A stretch of 64,000 bases of DNA, taken from Chiloscyllium plagiosum. Taxonomy: Eukaryota. The DNA lies in NCBI RefSeq assembly GCF_004010195.1, contig NC_057719.1:10481466-10545465 (forward strand), written 5' to 3'. Under the pieces are notes generated by a model. That model had not been told where the DNA came from and did no database searches. It saw only the letters and a program-made list of their open reading frames with translations. Positions within the stretch are counted from its first letter, which is position 1, and every line of letters begins with the position of its first letter. Position numbers and translations under genes: made by a program. This document shows, one piece after another, positions 61,970 to 64,000 of this stretch.

Positions 61970-64000
61970 TGAATTACAAAGGCTGCGTATTCAGCCCCCT
62001 ACTAATTGGTGGTGGGGGTCTGATTGTAAGTGATGGAAATGTCAGAGAATGATGCATTGGATTCGGAGTGTTCGAGAGGTTGGTGAGGTGGTACGTGAGG
62101 ACAAAGGGGACTCTATCCTTATTGTGGTTGAGTGTAGGGTAGTTGAGAGCAGAAGTGTGGAAGGTGGGGAAGGTGTGGTTGAGGGCATCTTGAATTACTG
62201 AGGAGGCAAAATTATGGTCCCCAAAGTAGGAGGACATCTGGGATGGCCTGAAGAGGAACACCTCAGCTCGTGAAGTGTTCAAACTCCTCGTGAGAGCATG
62301 AGGCAGCATCAATACAGTCATCCATGTAGCGGAGGAAAAGGTGGGGGATAGTGCCAGTGTAGTTGTGGAAGAGGAACTGTTCTACGAATCCTCCAAATGG
62401 ACTGGCATAGCTTGGGCCCAGAAGAAAGTGAGAACTGCAGATGGTGAAGCTCAGAGTCAAGAGTGTGATGCTGGAAAAGCACAACAGGTCAGGCAGCATC
62501 CGAGGAGCAGGAAAATCAAAGTTTTGGGCATAAGTCCTTCATCAGGAATGTTGGATCTGTCTGGTTTCATTTTTTGGAATTTGATCTTATTTATTTTTCC
62601 AGATTTCTGAAGTTTTTTTTGAGTAGGCCTATGATTCAGTTCTCGAGTTGTGGGGTTGGGGGTCTATCGCCGCTTGTTGGTAAGTGTTGGTATCTGCAAG
62701 TAGTGCGTTCACCTTCTCAATGCAGATTCTTTGATGTAAAATGACTATCAAGCATCCTTTGTCTACAGGTAGGTTAACAATATTTTTTATCTTTTTTTTA
62801 GTTTTACAGCACTTTCCTTGTGTTTTGAGTGTGTTTCCTTCCTTTTACCTGTTAATGTTGATGCGACTGTCAATCTGATTGCTGGGTTTCCTCTGTGAGT
62901 TGGTTGTCTTTCAGTGTTGTTTCTAATGCTGCTAAGAAATCGGTCTTGCCCACATCCTGGTAGTTGTAATTTAATCCTCTTACTAAGGTGGATTTTTCAG
63001 TGTCTGTTAAGGGTTGGTCAGATAATTTTTTTTATCCATGCTTCTGTGTTGTCTGTGTTGTTATTGTGTGTAAGTTTGTCTCGGCTTTTCTGCAGGTCTA
63101 GTCTTTTTCCATTTTTTGTGTTTGTCGCTGTCTAATGTCGATGGCTTGTTGTACTCTCACTGGTATCCTTACTTACAGATGAGGAAGGACACCACTTCAC
63201 CTGGGACAACACATCCATCCTAGGACAAGCCAAACAAAGACATGCATGAGAATTCCTAGAAGCATGTCATTCCAACCGGAACTCTATCAACAAACACATT
63301 GACTTGGATCCCATTTACCTTGCCGCTATCTTGCTTGCACCCATGGCTACCCCTTTGGTTTGTAGGAAGTAGGAGGAATCAAATGAAAAATTGTTGAAGG
63401 TGAGGATCAGTTCTGTCAGGCAAATGAATTGGGCTGAGGGGAGAGGAAGAAGCAGAGGGCTTTTAGGCCCTCCGAGTGGGGGATGCAGGTGTAATGGACT
63501 GTACGTCCATGGTGAAGATGAGGTGTTGGGGGCTGGGGAGTTGAAAGTTTTGGAAGAGGTGGAGGGCATGGGTTGTGTCTTGAATGTAGGTGGGGGTTAT
63601 TGGACGAAAGGGGAAAGAATGGAGGAGAGGTAAGAGGAAATGAGCTTGATGGGGCAGGAGCAGGCAGAGACAAAGAGGAAGTCAGATTTATGGATTTTGA
63701 GTAGGAGATAGAAATGGACAGTGCATGGTTGGGGAACTGTCAGGTTAGAGGCGGTAGATGGGAGATTTCCTGAAGTGATGAGGTCGTTGATGGTCTGGTA
63801 GATGATCGTTTGGCGATCAGCGGTGGGGAACAGTCATAGGGAAGAAAGGAGGAGGTGTGACAGAGTTAGCAGCTGGCTTCAGAGATATAGATGTCAGTTC
63901 ACCATACTAACACACTATTACTGCCTTATTGGTGGGTTTAATAGTGAGGTTGGGTTGGAGCGAAGGGATTAGAAGGTGGCACGTTCCGATGGGAAATGTT
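61970..64000 (-). mobile_element. Penelope-like RT region split by nested insertions
   Basis: LILTFNNFSFDSSYFLQTKGVAMG (~63340-63420) continues as GPSYAS...LFLRYMDDCI (62420-62310). Confidence 0.85.
62425..63318. mobile_element. Nested PLE pieces: family-1 mini-element (62425-62550, minus), PLE pre-RT region (62551-63150, minus, probably family 2), family-2 C-terminus (63153-63318, plus)
   Basis: DKG...ALLADTNTYQQ-like remnant; 63153-63318 matches 60231-60395. Confidence 0.7.

Overview
Vertebrate genomic DNA, very likely from a shark or other elasmobranch (inferred from HE1-type V-SINEs with HER1-type CR1 LINE partners and a shark-style C2H2 zinc-finger relic). I find no intact protein-coding gene; the ORF track is almost entirely decayed retroelement sequence and satellite read-through. 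Main contents: (i) dense, nested CR1/HER1, CR1/L2-group, Rex1/Babar and Penelope-like (PLE) retrotransposon fragments plus at least three tRNA-SINE families; (ii) a CpG-rich promoter-like zone at ~31-36 kb with two candidate minus-strand non-coding first exons of an unidentified gene; (iii) a ~15 kb array of a 20-bp satellite (TCTCTGATTRCAGGTATGYR) at 45.4-60.2 kb; (iv) two assembly gaps. The most notable hidden signal is a set of minimal hammerhead ribozyme motifs (CUGANGA-N-stem II-GAAA-palindromic helix III) with at least five different, covarying stem II sequences. They sit in PLE termini and in short TSD-flanked mini-elements and foldbacks, some of which have captured neighbouring sequence. 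Family names come from my recognition of consensus motifs, not from database searches, and boundaries are approximate.
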